NCBI GenBank assembly: GCA_965261005.1
Contig: OZ253375.1
Location: 2,880,001 to 2,944,000 of the forward strand
DNA: 64,000 nucleotides
Source: Deinococcus sp.
Lineage (GTDB): Bacteria; Deinococcota; Deinococci; Deinococcales; Deinococcaceae
Direction: 5' to 3'
Part shown: piece by piece, positions 35,872-45,769 of the stretch
Layout of the letters: every line of letters starts with the position of its first letter
Numbering within the stretch: the first letter of the stretch is position 1
Position numbers and translations under genes: made by a program
The notes under the pieces: model-generated
Seen by the model: only the letters and a program-made list of their open reading frames with translations
Told to the model about the DNA's origin: nothing
The model's database searches: none

Positions 35872-36306
35872 TCAAACGATGCCCCACCGCATCAGTTCCC
35901 TCGGCTCGTACACTGGCAAACTGAGCTTGTTCCTCAGGCGCAGCAGGTGCTTGTCTCTGCTCACGATGGCGTCGGGTCCAGCGCTCATGTAGAGGTCGAG
36001 CAGATACCAGTCCTTCGGGTCCGGACACGACGGCCAGTCCAGCCGCCGCTCAGGGCGCGCGATCTCGGCCACCTCATATAGGTCCATCGCCAAACCGAAG
36101 GCGTCCGCCGGCGTGATGCCCCCTCCCAGCTTGAGAACGTTCGGATATGTCAGCACCCGTCGCAGTTCGGCGAAGTGGTCCCGGCCTAACACCAAGGCAA
36201 CGTCAAAGCGAAGGGCCGCCTCGTACAGCTCGCGGGCGGGACCGCGGTCACTGGTCAGGCCGCTGAGCAGCACGTTCACGTCTGGAATCAGGCGGGGCCG
36301 CTCCAC
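35872..36306 (-). CDS. PIN-family putative toxin
   Basis: IPDVNVLLSGL...ELRRVL.YP...CPDPKD..LL...IVSRDKHLL. Confidence 0.88.
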   Translation of the reverse strand: MERPRLIPDVNVLLSGLTSDRGPARELYEAALRFDVALVLGRDHFAELRRVLTYPNVLKLGGGITPADAFGLAMDLYEVAEIARPERRLDWPSCPDPKDWYLLDLYMSAGPDAIVSRDKHLLRLRNKLSLPVYEPRELMRWGIV

Positions 36307-36720
36307 CTACTCTTCCTGCGGCTTCGCCATCCACGTTTTTGCCCTTTGCGTCAGTTGCCGCTCGATCTCTTCCCTGGTCAGCTCGGGCAGCCGGGACGTG
36401 TCCCTCGGCGGGTCCGGCGTCTGGTCACGTGCCCAGCGAATGGCGCGCTCGATCAGGTCCGCTTGCTCCTCGTCGCTCAGCACCGAGAATGCCTCGCGCA
36501 GCCGGTCGAGGGCGGGCGTCTCCATGGTGGTGCGCCGACTGAGCTTGTGCTCGACGACGGCGCTGGGAATGCGGTAGCGCGGCCGGCCCTTCGGCGTGGT
36601 GCCGATCTGAATGGCCTCCAAGTCGCCCTCCTTGATCTGACGCCGCACCGTGTCGTCGCTGACGTGCAGGAGCTGGGCAACCTCGCTGACGGTGAGCAGG
36701 CGGCGGGGTTCCAATGTCAT
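36307..36720 (-). CDS. Excisionase-family (HTH_17) antitoxin
   Basis: LLTVSEVAQLLHVSDDTVRRQIKEGDLEA; abuts the PIN gene. Confidence 0.85.
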   Translation of the reverse strand: MTLEPRRLLTVSEVAQLLHVSDDTVRRQIKEGDLEAIQIGTTPKGRPRYRIPSAVVEHKLSRRTTMETPALDRLREAFSVLSDEEQADLIERAIRWARDQTPDPPRDTSRLPELTREEIERQLTQRAKTWMAKPQEE

Positions 36721-36778
36721 AACGTCCTCCTCCGCTCAGCTTACCGCAAAATCAGCAGGTGCCGCTGTTTCCGCTTCC

Positions 36779-38548
36779 TCAAAACGGCCAGCGCCACGGA
36801 ATGACCACCATCGCCACCACAAACGAGAGCAGCGTCAGGCCGCTGCCCACCTTGACGAAGTCGAAGAAGCGGTAGCGGCCGGGGCCGAAGACCAGCAGCG
36901 AGGCGGGTTCCAGCGGGGTGATAAAGGAGTTGCTGGCCGCGATGGCGACGCCCACCACGAAGGGGCGCGGGTCGTAGTGCAGCTGCGCGGCCACGCCCAG
37001 CACGATGGGCAGCATCACCAGGGCCGCCGCTTGGTTGGACATCGGCTGCGTGAGCAACACCGTCAGCAGAAAAAAGCCGGCCAGCAGCGGGCGCGGCCCC
37101 AAGGCGCCCGCGAGGCCCGCCAAGTGCTGCGCCAGGTAGGTCGCCGCCCCGCTGCGCTCGAAGGCGGTGGCGTAGGCCAGCATGCAGGCGATCAGGACCA
37201 GCACCGACCACTCAATGGCGCCGTACCCCTCCTGCGGCGAGATCACGCGAAAGGCGAACAGCAGCGCGGCGGCGGTGAGGGCCGCGACCGCCAGCGGCAG
37301 CGGCGTCAGAATGCTGACCAAAATGGCCCCCGCGAACAGGCCCACCGCCAGCGGGGCGCGCTTGGTGTCGCGCTGCTGTTCGCTGAGGTCCGAAAGCAGC
37401 GTGAGGTGGCCCTCCAGCGCGTCCAGCCGGGCCTGCGGCCCCTGCACCAGCAGCACGTCGCCCACCTGCACCCGCGCCTTGGACAGCGACTCGGCGGCTT
37501 GGGCGCGGCGGTGCAGGGCCAGCACCGACAGGCCGTAGCGCTCGCGAAAGCGCGATTCGCGCAGGGTGCGGCCCAGCAGCGGGGAGCGCGGCATCACCAC
37601 CACCTCGACGAGGCGCACCGCTCCCCTGGCCTCGCCCCCCTGCAAGCTTTCGAGCAATTGCCGCTCGGGCTTGATGTGGACGCCCAAGCTGCCCCGCGCG
37701 CTCAACAGACGCTCGGAGGACCCCTCCACCACCAGCTTGTCCCCTTCGCGCAGCACGAAGTCGGCCCCCGGCGCGCGCAGGTTGCGCCCCTCCCGCTCCA
37801 CCGACACCACGATCAGGCCGTGGTCGCGGCCGATGGCGGCCTCGCGCAAACTTTGGCCGACCAGCGGCGAACCCTGGTCCAGCGTCAGGTCGGCCAGGTA
37901 GGCGCGCAGGGCGTAGCGCTCCTCCAGCGTCGTCTCCCCAGCGGCGCCCTCGCCGCTGGGCAGCAGGCGCGGCGCCACGGTGAACAGGTACAGCATGCCG
38001 AGCAGCGTGATGGGCAGTCCCACCCAGGCCAGCTCGAAAAAGCCCAGCGGCCTCAGGCCCAGGCGGGCCATCGAGCCGGCCACCACCAGGTTGGTGCTGG
38101 TGCCGATAATGGTGACGGTGCCGCCTAAAATCGAGGCGTAGGCCAGCGGCATCATCACCCGGCTGGGCGCGATCCCCGCGCGGCGCGCGAGGCCGAGAAC
38201 GACCGGCAAAAAGACGGCGGTGGTGGCGGTGTTGGAGGTAAAGGCGGACACGCCCGCCACCGCCGACAGCATCAGGCGCAGGGTGCCCCAAGCGCTGCGC
38301 GACCGCTTGCCCAGCCAGGCTCCGATGCCCTCGATCACGCCGGTGCGCAGCAGGGCGCGCGTCAGCACGAACAGCGAGGCCAAGGTCAGGATGGTGTCGT
38401 TGCCGAAGCCGGCAAAGGCCTCGGCAGGCTTCAGCTGCCCGGTCAGCAGCAGGGCGGCCAGCAGCAACAGCGCCGTCACGTCCACCGGCAGCCACTCGGT
38501 GGCGAACAGCACCAAGGCGACCACGAACAGGATCAGGACGACGACCAT
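36779..38548 (-). CDS. SLC13 family permease with two TrkA-C domains
   Basis: SAFTSNTAT, MPLAYASILGG..T.IGTSTN, FITPLEP, PGRYRF.DF.KVG. Confidence 0.92.
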   Translation of the reverse strand: MVVVLILFVVALVLFATEWLPVDVTALLLLAALLLTGQLKPAEAFAGFGNDTILTLASLFVLTRALLRTGVIEGIGAWLGKRSRSAWGTLRLMLSAVAGVSAFTSNTATTAVFLPVVLGLARRAGIAPSRVMMPLAYASILGGTVTIIGTSTNLVVAGSMARLGLRPLGFFELAWVGLPITLLGMLYLFTVAPRLLPSGEGAAGETTLEERYALRAYLADLTLDQGSPLVGQSLREAAIGRDHGLIVVSVEREGRNLRAPGADFVLREGDKLVVEGSSERLLSARGSLGVHIKPERQLLESLQGGEARGAVRLVEVVVMPRSPLLGRTLRESRFRERYGLSVLALHRRAQAAESLSKARVQVGDVLLVQGPQARLDALEGHLTLLSDLSEQQRDTKRAPLAVGLFAGAILVSILTPLPLAVAALTAAALLFAFRVISPQEGYGAIEWSVLVLIACMLAYATAFERSGAATYLAQHLAGLAGALGPRPLLAGFFLLTVLLTQPMSNQAAALVMLPIVLGVAAQLHYDPRPFVVGVAIAASNSFITPLEPASLLVFGPGRYRFFDFVKVGSGLTLLSFVVAMVVIPWRWPF

Positions 38549-38550
38549 GG

Positions 38551-39606
38551 TTAAGCGCTCACCAAGCGGGCGAGGACGCTTTTGAGAATGTCTATGGCGG
38601 CGTGGTACTCGGCGAGGGGCAGGTGTTCCCCCGGCGTGTGGTCGAGCCGCGAGTCGCCGGGGCCGTAGGCGGCGGTGGGCACCGGCCAAAAGGGGGCGAC
38701 CACGTTCATGTCGCTGGTGCCGGTCTTGACCTTGACCACCGGCTCGCCGCCGTGCTCGCGGATGGCGAGCCGCAGGGCGCGCGCCAGCGGGGAATCCTTG
38801 GGATGGCGCACGGCGACCTCGTGGCCGGCGAAGTCGAGCGTGAGCGGCAAGTCGGCGCTCAGGGCGCGCAGCCTTTTTTCGGCCTGTTCGGGAGCGAGGG
38901 CGGGTGGCAGCCTCAGCCCCAGGGTGGCCCCGGCGCGCTGCGTCAGGCCGTCGCCGTCGCTCGACAACTTCTGGATGGTGAGCTGCACAGCGTCAAAGGT
39001 TCCTTTCGCCGGCAGGCCCGCCGCCCAGTTGCGCGCCCGGAAGCAGAACTCGGCCAGATCGTCGGCGGCGCTGGTTCCCTCGCCCGCGCTGTGAAAGTTG
39101 TCTTTTTCGGCGGTGGCGTGGGCGATCAGACGTCCCTTGTAGCCCAGCGTGAGCGCGTGGGCGCCGCTCGGCTCGCCGATCAGCACGAAGTCGGGCTGGT
39201 ACTGGGTCAGGGCGAAGCGCGCCCCCTTGCTGGAGGGGGCCTCCTCCTCGGTGGCGCCGACGCAGACGAAGGTGGCGCGCGCCAGCGTTTCCGGGGGCAA
39301 CTCGGCCACCGCCGCCGCGAAGGTGCAAAAGCTACCCTTGGCGTCCACGCTGCCGCGCCCAAAAAGGGCGCCGCCCTCCAGCTTGACCGGCAATTCCCCC
39401 GGCACGGTGTCAATGTGCCCCAGCAGCACGACCGTTCGCGGCCCCGTGCCGCGCGTTCCCATGGCGTTGCCGGCCGTGTCCAGCTGAGCCGCGAACCCGC
39501 GCGTTCCCATCCAGGCCGCCAGATACTCGGCGACTTCCCGCTCCTGCCCGGACGGGCTGAAGCGCTCGACCGCCCCGCGCAGCAGGGCCTCGCGTTCTTC
39601 CCTCAC
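38551..39606 (-). CDS. lysK: [LysW]-lysine/ornithine hydrolase
   Basis: [46 protein letters not shown]. Confidence 0.9.
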   Translation of the reverse strand: MREEREALLRGAVERFSPSGQEREVAEYLAAWMGTRGFAAQLDTAGNAMGTRGTGPRTVVLLGHIDTVPGELPVKLEGGALFGRGSVDAKGSFCTFAAAVAELPPETLARATFVCVGATEEEAPSSKGARFALTQYQPDFVLIGEPSGAHALTLGYKGRLIAHATAEKDNFHSAGEGTSAADDLAEFCFRARNWAAGLPAKGTFDAVQLTIQKLSSDGDGLTQRAGATLGLRLPPALAPEQAEKRLRALSADLPLTLDFAGHEVAVRHPKDSPLARALRLAIREHGGEPVVKVKTGTSDMNVVAPFWPVPTAAYGPGDSRLDHTPGEHLPLAEYHAAIDILKSVLARLVSA

Positions 39607-39607
39607 C

Positions 39608-40552
39608 TCAACCGTCGTCAGACAAGCGCCCCTGAATGTCGGCCACGGCGCGCACCACCTCGGCGAACACGTAGAGGGCGAAGGCGCCCACCGCCCCCAC
39701 CCCGACCAGCCACAAGCCGCTCAGCGGCGCGCCGGCCAGCCACGTCAGCGCCCCGACCCCAATGCCGGTCAGGCCCATCAGCACCGCCAGAAAGCGCAGC
39801 GTCGGCGCGAAGCGGCCGAGCGGCGAGGGTGCCGTCTCCCGCCGGGGCGCGCTCGCCGGCAAGGGGGTGGATGCGGGCGCAGAGATAGACATGGGGGTGG
39901 GCGCGCTGCTGATGCGAACCGGCTCGGCTGGGGCGGGTGGTGGCGCGGGGGCCTCTGCTCGGCCGGCTTCGGTGGGCGCGGCCTCGGGTTCGGCCGCTGG
40001 CGCCTCGGCGTGAATGGGTTCCATCCGTGCCGGTTCGGCCCGTTCAGCTTCTGACCGCTCAGGTTCGGGCCGTTCGGGTTCGGGCGCAGACGCTGTGGAC
40101 GCGGCGTCTGAAGGCTCCGCGTCCGAACGCTCCGTGTCGCCGGGCCGCAGCACGGTGACCGAGGACGCGGCCGGATTGGCGCCGCTCCAGCCGGTCTTCC
40201 AAGGTGAGCTGGACTCGCCGGGCGCGGTGGGCAGCGGCGAGGGCGGCAGCGACTTGGCGCGGGCGGTGGCGTGGCGCACCTCGCCGAAAAAGTGCTGCAC
40301 CCGCGCCGGCTCGTAGCCGAGCAGCGGCGCCGTGACGGCCGTCGTGTCGCCCGTCTCGACGCGCAGGATGCCGGCCTGATCGCTGTGAATGCGGGTCACG
40401 TCGCGCAGCTGTACGCTCGCCGCCCCCCCGGCGTCCAAGTGAATCAGCTGGTCCTCGGTGAGGGCGAAAAAGGCGCCGTCCTTGTCCAGGGTGGCCGTGG
40501 GCCGCACGTCAAACCCGGCCGCGCGCAGGTCGCTGAGCAATTGGTCGTTCAT
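39608..40552 (-). CDS. Hypothetical membrane protein (globular N-terminus, P/A/E-rich linker, two C-terminal TM helices)
   Basis: Composition and hydropathy; AGGAG RBS. Confidence 0.75.
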   Translation of the reverse strand: MNDQLLSDLRAAGFDVRPTATLDKDGAFFALTEDQLIHLDAGGAASVQLRDVTRIHSDQAGILRVETGDTTAVTAPLLGYEPARVQHFFGEVRHATARAKSLPPSPLPTAPGESSSPWKTGWSGANPAASSVTVLRPGDTERSDAEPSDAASTASAPEPERPEPERSEAERAEPARMEPIHAEAPAAEPEAAPTEAGRAEAPAPPPAPAEPVRISSAPTPMSISAPASTPLPASAPRRETAPSPLGRFAPTLRFLAVLMGLTGIGVGALTWLAGAPLSGLWLVGVGAVGAFALYVFAEVVRAVADIQGRLSDDG

Positions 40553-40639
40553 CAAGGGACTCCTGCCCACCAAAGTAGCGCGTTTTAAGTCTACCCATGA
40601 AGTCCACCCAGCTTGAGCTTTGGGCTTGAGCCTTGGGCG

Positions 40640-40822
40640 TCAGCTCGGGGCGCCGGCTTCCCGGCGAACCGTTTCTTGGCGCACCAAGGGGGCGACCCGC
40701 GTGCCGAGCAGCTCGATGGCGCGCATCACCTGCGCGTGGGGCAGCGTGCCGACGCTGAGTTGGATCAGGCAGCGCTGGTGGTGAAAGAGGTCGTGCTGAA
40801 ACAAGACCTTTTCGGAAGTCAC
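40640..40822 (-). pseudogene. C-terminal remnant of an LLM-class flavin-dependent oxidoreductase
   Basis: [13 protein letters not shown]...[27 protein letters not shown]-terminus absent, replaced by an IS remnant. Confidence 0.7.
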
Positions 40823-40862
40823 GGTCGCGCGCCTTGCTGGCCGACGTTCCCGACAAAGCCGA

Positions 40863-41120
40863 GTGTGTATGGGGGATAAAGGGGATCAGGGGGCGGGGGT
40901 GGATGTGCCGCCCAAAAAGAACTTGAAAAAACAGTGGCCCTGGACCGAGCTGATGAAGGCCGCCAGACAGCTGATCGAGGGCGTGTTCTCCAGCTTGGTG
41001 CGGACCAAACACCTCGACTTGCCGCAACTCAACTCCTTCTGGTCCATCCGCGCTTACGTCTGCCGCAACATCGCGGCCCATAACCTTGCCCTCGTCCACT
41101 GATCCTTGAGCACTCGGGGT
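40863..41120 (+). mobile_element. IS982-family transposase 3' remnant with right end
   Basis: GDKG..G...PPKKN...R.LIEGVFSSL...AHNL; ends ACTCGGGGT. Confidence 0.7.
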
Positions 41121-41231
41121 TAACATAGGTTGGAATTAAAGCAATCCCGTATGACGTGCTGCGCGTGGACGGTGGCAAGCACATATTGGCAAGACGAGCA
41201 CGCTGGTCAGAGCGGCGACCGGGAAGATATT

Positions 41232-42122
41232 AGACCTCTTGCGAAAGTCGTGGGTTAAGCTCAAGGGGTGGAGCGAGATCGCCTGAGACGGACACTGAAG
41301 ATGAACCGCAAGCAGTTCCGCCGACGCACCGGGGTGTATCCCGAAACCTTCGCCCAGATGGAAGCGGTGCTGATCGAGCGAGAAGGACAGAAGAAGAAAT
41401 CTGGTCGTCCAGCCGCGCTCAGGGTGGCTGAACAACTTCTGATGACACTGGAATTCTGGCGCGAGTACCGCACCTTCGCGCACCTGGGTGACGACTGGGG
41501 CGTCCATGAGACCACGGTGCACCGCACGGTGGAACGTGTCGAAGAAGCCCTGATCGCCAGCCAGCAGTTCCAGATGCCTAGAAAGCGCGTGTTCCAGCAA
41601 GCGCAGACGGTCTACAGCATCGTGGCCGTCGATGCGTCCGAAGTGCCGTGTGAACGACCCAAAAAAAGCAGCGCCGCTGGTACAGCGGCAAGAAGAAGCG
41701 GCACACCTTGAAGTTCCAAGTCCTGATCTGTACCGTGACTCAGCACATCCTGGGCACGGCGACGAGTGCTGGAGCCATCCATGATCTCAAGCTGTTTCGG
41801 CAGTCTGGGGTACGGTTTCCTCATGACACGGCCCTGATCGGGGATGCGGGGTATCAGGGTTTGTGGAGAAGCCACGGGCACGCCATCACCACGCATAAGG
41901 CGACCAAGTCCAAGCCGTTGACCAAAGAGCAGCGTCGAGAAAACCGGGTGCTGGCCTATACCCGCCAAGGAATCGAACACGTCATCCGTCGCATGAAGGT
42001 CTTTCGGGTGCTCAAGGGCGTCTACCGACATCGGCGGCGTCGCTTTGCCCTTCGGGTTCAGCTCATCGCCGCCCTCTGTAACCTTACCCGCGCCCAACCC
42101 TCCTGACTTTCGCAAGAGGTCT
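41232..42122 (+). mobile_element. IS5-family element, copy 2
   Basis: TIR AGACCTCTTGCGAAAGTC/GACTTTCGCAAGAGGTCT; flanks ATT and AAT. Confidence 0.92.
41268..42106 (+). CDS. IS5-family transposase, -1 frameshift at A7 (41661-41667)
   Basis: Homologous to 12482-13317; both ORFs open. Confidence 0.88.
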
Positions 42123-42254
42123 AATGGCTCGACTGATGGGACGACGAGTATCAGCAACCAGGACTTTGTTTTTGTCCTGAACAAATGCAAAACACAGCTT
42201 ACCGTCTCTAGGACGAGCGACTTGAAATTTCTAAACAAAAGTTTAACCAAGTAA
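42123..42254 (+). pseudogene. 3' half of the split LprI/DUF1311 gene
   Basis: NGSTDG...VLNKCKTQLTVSRTSDLKFL matches the LprI C-terminal C...LT..R...L helix; fuses in frame with 45473-45769. Confidence 0.8.
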
Positions 42255-42263
42255 TAGAGAGGG

Positions 42264-42497
42264 GTGGTCGCAACTTCTAATCTGAGCTTCGCGGCGGCCC
42301 GCAATCTGGTCAACGGGGGCAGCCTAGCCGAGCCGATTGATGGCGCCGCCGAAGCGCTCTACCTGCGGCTTCGGCAGCTTCAACCCTTCTTGGACCTACA
42401 AAACCTGGAGCAACCACAGCCACCGAGCGAGCTTGCACAGGGCATCGTCAAGATAGCCACCTTTGACGCGCTCATCCGCCGTTTTCCGCAGCGGTAA
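42264..42497 (+). pseudogene. Orphan GH19 toxin C-terminal tip
   Basis: SFAAARNLVNG...GAAEALYLRLRQL aligns by eye with the effector end TFTDARLHYVG...GRVTAAIYEKLKNI. Confidence 0.55.
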
Positions 42498-42512
42498 TCA
42501 AGGGGAACTGCA

Positions 42513-43301
42513 ATGCTCACCTCACTCTTTCCACGGCTTTTCTTGGCTACGTTGTGCCTTTCGCTCTCCGTTGTCAGTGTCGCGAGCAGCGTCGACTCCG
42601 CCGCTTGGCAGCGCGCCGCCGGCGCGTATACCATCAAGCTCGACAACGGCGATATAACCGTCCTCAAAGGCGGGAAGGTCGTGTTCTCGGCGAGGGGGCA
42701 GGCAGCGAAGTACGTCCCACCCAGCTTCGTGCTGACGCGCGGTAGACAGGACGAGATGGGCTGTCTGATCGAGGTGGCTTACACGCCGCTTTCCCTGGTG
42801 GGAGACGTGCTGAGTTACCAGCGCACCTACCGCAGCGTACCCGGCGAGTGCCCCGAGCTGCTGCGCGACACGGGAACGGTCGCCCTCAAAAGCGTGAATT
42901 TGCATACCCTAGCCCCCGAGAAGATCGTCAACCTCTTCCCGGAGGCAGCCGTATTGGGTGCCTTGCGCCGCGACGCCTTCATACGGCGGCTGGCCTCGGC
43001 GGACGTGAAGACCACCACGCTCGCTGGGTTAGGGCAGCTTCTGGCACGACAGGAGGACTGCTCGGCGCGCTTCACGCCGGACGCGGGGTTTGGCTTTCAC
43101 CATCTGAAGGGCAACCTGGTGGCAGTACGGCTCGGCCTAGCCTACAGTTGTCCCAGTCTTGCAGACGACCCCAAGGTGACGCAACTGGGATTGCTGCTGA
43201 GGGCGCCGGCCGCGCTGAAGAAAGCTCTCGCCCAAGGCGTGCTGATGAATGATATGCCAAACAGCAGCGTCATCTTCGACTTCGTGCCGGCCAAGCCGTA
43301 A
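42513..43301 (+). CDS. Secreted protein, putative immunity (paralogue of 45766-46446)
   Basis: Signal peptide; LF.E..V..AL..D, VAVRLGL.YS, QLGLLL.AP.AL shared with the paralogue. Confidence 0.8.
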   Translation: MLTSLFPRLFLATLCLSLSVVSVASSVDSAAWQRAAGAYTIKLDNGDITVLKGGKVVFSARGQAAKYVPPSFVLTRGRQDEMGCLIEVAYTPLSLVGDVLSYQRTYRSVPGECPELLRDTGTVALKSVNLHTLAPEKIVNLFPEAAVLGALRRDAFIRRLASADVKTTTLAGLGQLLARQEDCSARFTPDAGFGFHHLKGNLVAVRLGLAYSCPSLADDPKVTQLGLLLRAPAALKKALAQGVLMNDMPNSSVIFDFVPAKP

Positions 43302-43330
43302 ACCTTGGCATCTAACAGCAAGGCACGGAC

Positions 43331-43379
43331 GAAAAAAGGGGCAGGAGAGGGCCGGCACATGCCAGCCCTCTCCTCTTTC
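43331..43379. terminator. Intrinsic terminator between convergent genes
   Basis: A-run, then GGAGAGGG(C)CGGC...GCC(A)GCCCTCTCC hairpin. Confidence 0.65.
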
Positions 43380-43383
43380 AGAT

Positions 43384-44298
43384 TCAGCGAAAGGTCTTGA
43401 CCCAGTCCAGAATCGCCTGGTTGCTGGCGTCGGCATTTTCGTAGATGGCGGCGTGGGCTGCGCCGGGGATGATGGCGAGCTTGGCGTTCGGAATCGCCTT
43501 TTGCAGCATCTGTGATACGGCGACGGGATAGATGCTGTCCTGCTCGCCCACCAGCACCAGGGTGGGCACCTTGATCTGGTTCAGCAGCGAGCTGTAGTCC
43601 GGGCGGTTGGCGAGGGCGTAGGCGCCCCCGATGGCCGCCTGCACCGAGGCCCGCCGAATGATGGCCGACAGGTAGCTCACCTGGGCGGGCTGGTTCAGGC
43701 GGGTGGGGCCGCTGAGCATGTCCTTGATCAGGACCGGGACCAGCGAGTCCACGCCCTTTTGCGCGGCCTGGTCGGCCACGCCGCGCCACAAGCCGGCCTC
43801 GGCGGGATTGGCGGCGGCGGCGATGGTGTCAATCAGAATCAAACCGGAAAAGCGCTGCGGCGCGCGCTTGTACATCTCCAGCACGGTTGGGCCGCCCATG
43901 CTCATGCCGCCGATGATGGCCTGTTGCACGCCCAGGCGGTCCATCACGGCCAGCGCATCTTGGGCATAGGTGCTGATCATGCTGGGCACGTTGGGGGCCA
44001 CGCTCCTGCCGTAGCCGCGCAAGTCGAGCGTGATGACCTTGTAGCCGGCGGCGGCCAGGGCGGCCCGGTTGCGCGAAAACAGGTCGCCGGACAGCGGGTA
44101 GCCGTGGATGAGCAGCATCGGCTGTCCGGTGCCCTGCACTTGATAAAAAATCCGGGCGCCGTTCACGTCGAGGGAGCCGCTTTGCGCCTGGGTTTGGGCC
44201 TGAACCGTCTGCGGGGTGGCGCTTTGGGCGAGGGCGGGCGCGCTCAGGCACAGGGCGGCGAACAGGGAAAGCTTGAGGGGCTTGAGGTGTGGCGTCAC
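43384..44298 (-). CDS. Secreted alpha/beta hydrolase
   Basis: Signal peptide, IHGYP, DLRGYG.S, GGMSMGG, GEQD, GAAH; AAGGAG RBS. Confidence 0.92.
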   Translation of the reverse strand: MTPHLKPLKLSLFAALCLSAPALAQSATPQTVQAQTQAQSGSLDVNGARIFYQVQGTGQPMLLIHGYPLSGDLFSRNRAALAAAGYKVITLDLRGYGRSVAPNVPSMISTYAQDALAVMDRLGVQQAIIGGMSMGGPTVLEMYKRAPQRFSGLILIDTIAAAANPAEAGLWRGVADQAAQKGVDSLVPVLIKDMLSGPTRLNQPAQVSYLSAIIRRASVQAAIGGAYALANRPDYSSLLNQIKVPTLVLVGEQDSIYPVAVSQMLQKAIPNAKLAIIPGAAHAAIYENADASNQAILDWVKTFR

Positions 44299-44580
44299 GT
44301 TGGAACTCCTTTGGCGGTCAAGCTCAGTCTTGAACTGGCCCCTCAGTTCAGCGCCCGGGCGTGAGTTGCCTGAGATGTCCGGGTCAAGCGGCCTACACCC
44401 GATTTAAGGGAAGCTTTGAGGAATGAAGGCCCGCTTCAATTGGGGTCGCGCCGGGCGGATAAGGTTGGGACAAGGTTGTGTGACACGAGGAGAGACAGCA
44501 GAGCCGGGGCAAACTGTGGTTGATGAGTACCCAGTTCCCCGGCACTGCTGACGCTCCCCTTCGCGCGCTCGTCGCGCAAT

Positions 44581-45472
44581 AGACCTCCTGCGAAAGTAGA
44601 GGGCTAAAGTGGGGAGAGATGGCACACGCGAACTACGAGCAGACGATGCAGTTGAACAGGACGAGTTTTCGTCGACGTACCGGGGTGTATTTAGAGACCT
44701 ACCAGCAGATGCTGTCGGTGTTGGAAGCGCGCGAGCAGCACAAGAAGAAGTCGGGGCGTCCCGGCGCCTTGACCCTGGGCGAGCAACTGTTGCTGACGCT
44801 GATGTTCTGGCGTGAGTACCGCACCTTCTTTCATTTGGGCCAGGACTGGGGCGTCCACGAAACCACCGCACAAAGGACGGTGGAGCGGGTCGAAGACGCC
44901 TTGCTCGCCAGCGGCCAGTTCTCACTCCCCGGCAAGGCGGCCCTCAAAGACAACGGAACCGTGTGGACGGCCGTACTGGTGGACGTGAGCGAAGTCCCTT
45001 GCGAACGGCCAAAAAAAACAGCGGCGCTGGTACAGCGGTAAGAAAAAGCGCCATACCATCAAGGCTTAACTGCTGCTTTCTCCCGTCACCAAAGTGATCA
45101 TCTGCACCGCGACAAGTTGCGGGAAAACGCACGACCTGACCCTGTTCCATCAGCCGAAGACGGCCATTCATCCTGAAACCGAATTGATTGCGGACGCGGG
45201 CTACCAGGGCGTTCAACGAGACCACAAAAACGCGCATACCCCCCACAAAGCCAGCAAGCGCCGCGCCCTCACCTCGCAACAGCGCCGGGAAAACCGTGCG
45301 CTGGCGCGTGTTCGCTTGACTGTCGAGCATGTCATCCGCCGGCTCAAGGTCTTTCGCGTCCTCAAGGAAACCTACCGTCACCGCAGACGCCGCTTCCTGT
45401 TGCGCCTCAACCTCCTCGCCGCCCTCCACAACGCCATGCTCCCCGGCTCAGCTTGACTTTCGCAGGAGGTCT
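44581..45472 (+). mobile_element. IS5-family element, copy 3 (defective)
   Basis: TIR AGACCTCCTGCGAAAGT/ACTTTCGCAGGAGGTCT; flanks AAT and ATT. Confidence 0.92.
44619..45456 (+). pseudogene. IS5 transposase pseudogene
   Basis: Frameshift window is 1 nt shorter than in copies 1 and 2; in-frame TAA at 45067-45069 where the others have Gln. Confidence 0.85.
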
Positions 45473-45769
45473 ATTGAAAATGGTAACTGCCTTGCAGGTA
45501 TCATCGCGGGTCTTAACCCACTCCTGCTGAGCTTCAATCACCTGATGCTTGAGTACCGAGGCGGTCTTCAAAGTGCCGATCATTCCGTCGATGCGCTTCA
45601 ATAAAGCTTTGTAGACCTTGTTAAGCTGAATGTCGGCAGATTTAAATTGGTTCGCTGAGCATACTAGGAAGTTATCGCTGTCATAGCAATCGGCCTTCAG
45701 AGTAGTCTGGGCCAGGACTCGATTCGAGACGGCCACGGTAAGGAACACCACAGGCCAATGCCAGGTCAT
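45473..45769 (-). pseudogene. 5' half of LprI/DUF1311 lysozyme-inhibitor-like gene
   Basis: Signal peptide; C...C......AD..LN.VYK.L...AQQEW.K.RD..C; cut at the IS5 right end. Confidence 0.85.

Noticed and set aside
44404..44580. Continuation of the LprI gene directly across IS5 copy 3
   Set aside because: The frame is open but gives IARRAREGERQQ..., unlike LprI; the fitting C-terminus is at 42123-42254.
41232..45472. Composite transposon IS5-cargo-IS5 with an ATT target duplication
   Set aside because: The outer flanks do match, but the cargo holds the second half of a gene whose first half is just outside, so the segment is local DNA that was inverted, not imported.
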